In this document: piece by piece, positions 60,590 through 64,000 of the stretch | How the letters are laid out: the number at the start of each line of letters is the position of its first letter | Numbering within the stretch: position 1 is the first letter of the stretch | From: the human T2T-CHM13v2.0 reference genome, Homo sapiens | Direction: 5' to 3' (one strand) | Assembly: GCF_009914755.1 (NCBI RefSeq) | Contig: NC_060944.1 | Length of the DNA: 64,000 nucleotides | The notes under the pieces: generated by a model | What the model saw: only the letters and a program-made list of their open reading frames with translations | Told to the model about the DNA's origin: nothing | The model's database searches: none | Translations under genes and position numbers: made by a program

Positions 60590-61870
60590 ATGCACACTAC
60601 AGCTTTGATTTACTCCTCCCCTTCCACTGAGATAGAAGAATTTTGAAGTGGTAGGGAAGAAGCTAGCACTACAGCCTACTGCCTCCAAAAGAATTGTCCA
60701 TGTGGTTTTTGGGGCATGGAGGGGAAGCCCATCGGATTCATAGAAGACTTATAAGGTTTTTAAAAGTGTTGTGTTGAACAAAAGCCACTAGCTTGGGTTA
60801 AAAGAAATTGAGACAGTTCAAAATGAGAAGAGGCCTCTGGGCCTCCATCTTTCTAGGAATAGGAGACAGCATGAGAAAGCTACTCAGTCACAAACATGGG
60901 CCATTTCTTATGTAAAAGGAAGGACGACTCAGAAGGCAGAGCCAAGCCCAGAGGGTATTGCCAAGAGCCAAATAGAACAATATATTAAGGAACCACTTCC
61001 GGAGGGTAGAACTGGGCCCTAATTAATAAACATTGCCTGTCCCTGTAGTAGAGGAATCTTCCAACATGCACCTGGCTAGATTTCCAAATTGCCATGGACC
61101 AGTGACTAGTATATCTCTCCTTTTGGGACAGCAGTGTCTAATATGGTTTTGCTGTCTTTCCAGTGTACATTGGGTATGTGAAGGCATAGGGGAATAACTT
61201 GTCTTTTTAGTTTACAGGTGCCTGAATTAAAGAACTATACCTAAGGAACTTCATCGACATCTTGACTTCATACAGACCATGAGATGATGGATTCCGAGCT
61301 TGATGATATGATAAAGTGAGACCTGGGCAATTTTGGGAGGATGAGATTCATGAAAGAGACATGAATCGTTGAGGCCTAAGGGTGGACTATTGTAGATTGT
61401 TACAACAATGGCCCCCAGGGAATCACAACTCCTTGTATTCACATCGCTTTGCAGTGTGACTTTGCCCAGTCCTCCCATCAGGAGATGGAGATTATTTTTT
61501 CCCACTCCTTATGTCTGGGCTGCCGTTTTGACTTTCTTTGACCAACTGAAATGTGGCAGATGACACTTCAAATTCCAAGGCTAGTCCTTAGGCCTTGCAG
61601 CCTCCTTTACCTTCCTGGGGCAATGCTGTGAGACCACCATGTCCTGAAGAAGCAAGGAATAATAGACCATGTGGACAGAGAGGCCCAGCCATCCCAGCTG
61701 TCTCTGCTGACCACCAGCTGCATGAAACTGCATGAGAGTGAGTCCAGATGAGATCAGTGAAAAGCCACCCAGTCAACACACAGAATTATGAGATTATGAG
61801 GAGTAATAAATCATTGCTGTTTGAACTCACTAAGTTTTGGGTTGTTAATGCAGCAATTGACAACTGAAAT
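60590..61870 (+). mobile_element. MaLR element: MLT1 internal fragment followed by MLT1-type LTR (~61391-61870)
   Basis: LTR motifs tttgcagtgtgactttgcc, cccagtcaacacacagaattatgag, aataaatcattgctgttt..cactaagttttggg. Confidence 0.7.
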
Positions 61871-62014
61871 GATTCTGTGTTTTCAGCCTATTAGGACTTC
61901 TTGATTCAAAAATCTCAATTCTCTGAAGCTAAGGTAGACCAATAACTAATGACAAAATAAATCATACAGAATATAGTCCTAGCATTGAGAAAAGGATTAG
62001 AAGAATAAAATATC

Positions 62015-62330
62015 GACCAGGCACAATGGCTCATGCCTGTAATCCCAGCACTTTGGGAGCCTGAGGCAGGCAGATCACAAGGTCAGAAGCTCAAGACCCA
62101 CCTGGCCAACATGGTGAAATCCCATCTCTGCTAAAAAATATACAAAAATTAGCTGGGCATGGTGGCATGCACCTATAATCCCAGCTACTTGGGAGGCTGA
62201 GGCGGGAGAATTGCTTGAACCCTGGAGGCAGAGTTCCAGTGAGCCAAGATCACGCCACTGCACTCCAGCCTAGGCAGCAGAGCAAGACTCCATCTCAAAA
62301 AAAAAAAAAGAAGAGGAAGAAGAAGAAGAA
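62015..62330 (+). mobile_element. Alu (S-type)
   Basis: Alu consensus. Confidence 0.93.
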
Positions 62331-62619
62331 AATATAAAAAAAACTCTCTATTATAGTTCTTACCAGATCTAATTTCTCATGAGAGTTTCAAAATGCTTTA
62401 ACTCCTGGCTTCACCATTTATTTCTCTAGTGTAGACTCACCTCCTTTTTGTCCCTGGTGTTGTCTAACTCCATTCAGTTCACTCACCTACTTAACTTCCA
62501 CGGACTATTGTTCTGTTCATCAACCCTTGCTAGCCAATATCTTGACTTCTCATTTTCTCTTATATTCTTTCTCATTTCCTTGAAATATTTGGCAGTTTCC
62601 CAATCTAAACAATCTGGAG

Positions 62620-62650
<31 letters not shown>

Positions 62651-62664
62651 TCAGAGTAACAATA

Positions 62665-63007
<343 letters not shown>

Positions 63008-63059
63008 CTAACTTCACCCTTGTTACCAGAGGCCTGACCCTAATATTTGCACACCCTAG

Positions 63060-63403
<344 letters not shown>

Positions 63404-63631
63404 TGTATGTCTAAATATTTAAATGTCATCAATCAAGCTAACAGTCAAAGAAAATATGTTCTATCCCCCTATTTTGTCAAATATATCTTTATTAAAAACC
63501 TGGGAGGCCAAGTTTGAATTTGGAGTCTTTGCAATCCTTGCTTTTGTGTAAGAAATTGTCAGCATAGGAAGAGCCAGCCCAAGGACCCCACCCCACCCCA
63601 CCCCCAAATGCAACCTGCCCTTTTTCGTTGA

Positions 63632-63959
<328 letters not shown>

Positions 63960-64000
63960 ATCTCTGCTTCTTAATAGTCTTTTTTTTTCCTACTTTACAT

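Overview
Primate (very likely human) genomic DNA: 64 kb inside the minus-strand gene SEL1L2 (Sel1-like repeat protein, paralogue of the ERAD adaptor SEL1L). Four coding exons were read by hand with canonical AG/GT sites and consistent phases: exon 2 55307-55362, exon 3 25422-25590, exon 4 12836-12938, exon 5 7600-7762. Together they give ...TIKAEEHNKRQKERNVTTQ|VSVNEIKQYL...KRNKNH|LQKQAEKNF...QKEE|AYLLFAKAADMGNLKAMEKMADALLFGNFGVQNITAAIQLYESLAKEGSCKAQN. Exon numbering is from memory of the protein; exon 1 and exon 6 onward lie outside the window. The rest is intronic and repeat-rich: about 39 Alus, L1/L2/MIR fragments, several solo LTRs, a two-LTR MER61-like provirus (46656-53085), a near full-length dead Hsmar1 mariner plus a MADE1 MITE, and a (TTCC(AT)nA)x30 VNTR. 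Most entries in the supplied ORF track are repeat-derived or chance ORFs. No new biological system is demonstrable. The best leads are cryptic or decayed SEL1L2 exons whose phases match real exons, a possible 5.4-kb AluY-AluY deletion polymorphism, an L1 3' transduction, and mariner TIRs bracketing exon 2. Repeat subfamily names and boundaries are by eye and approximate.
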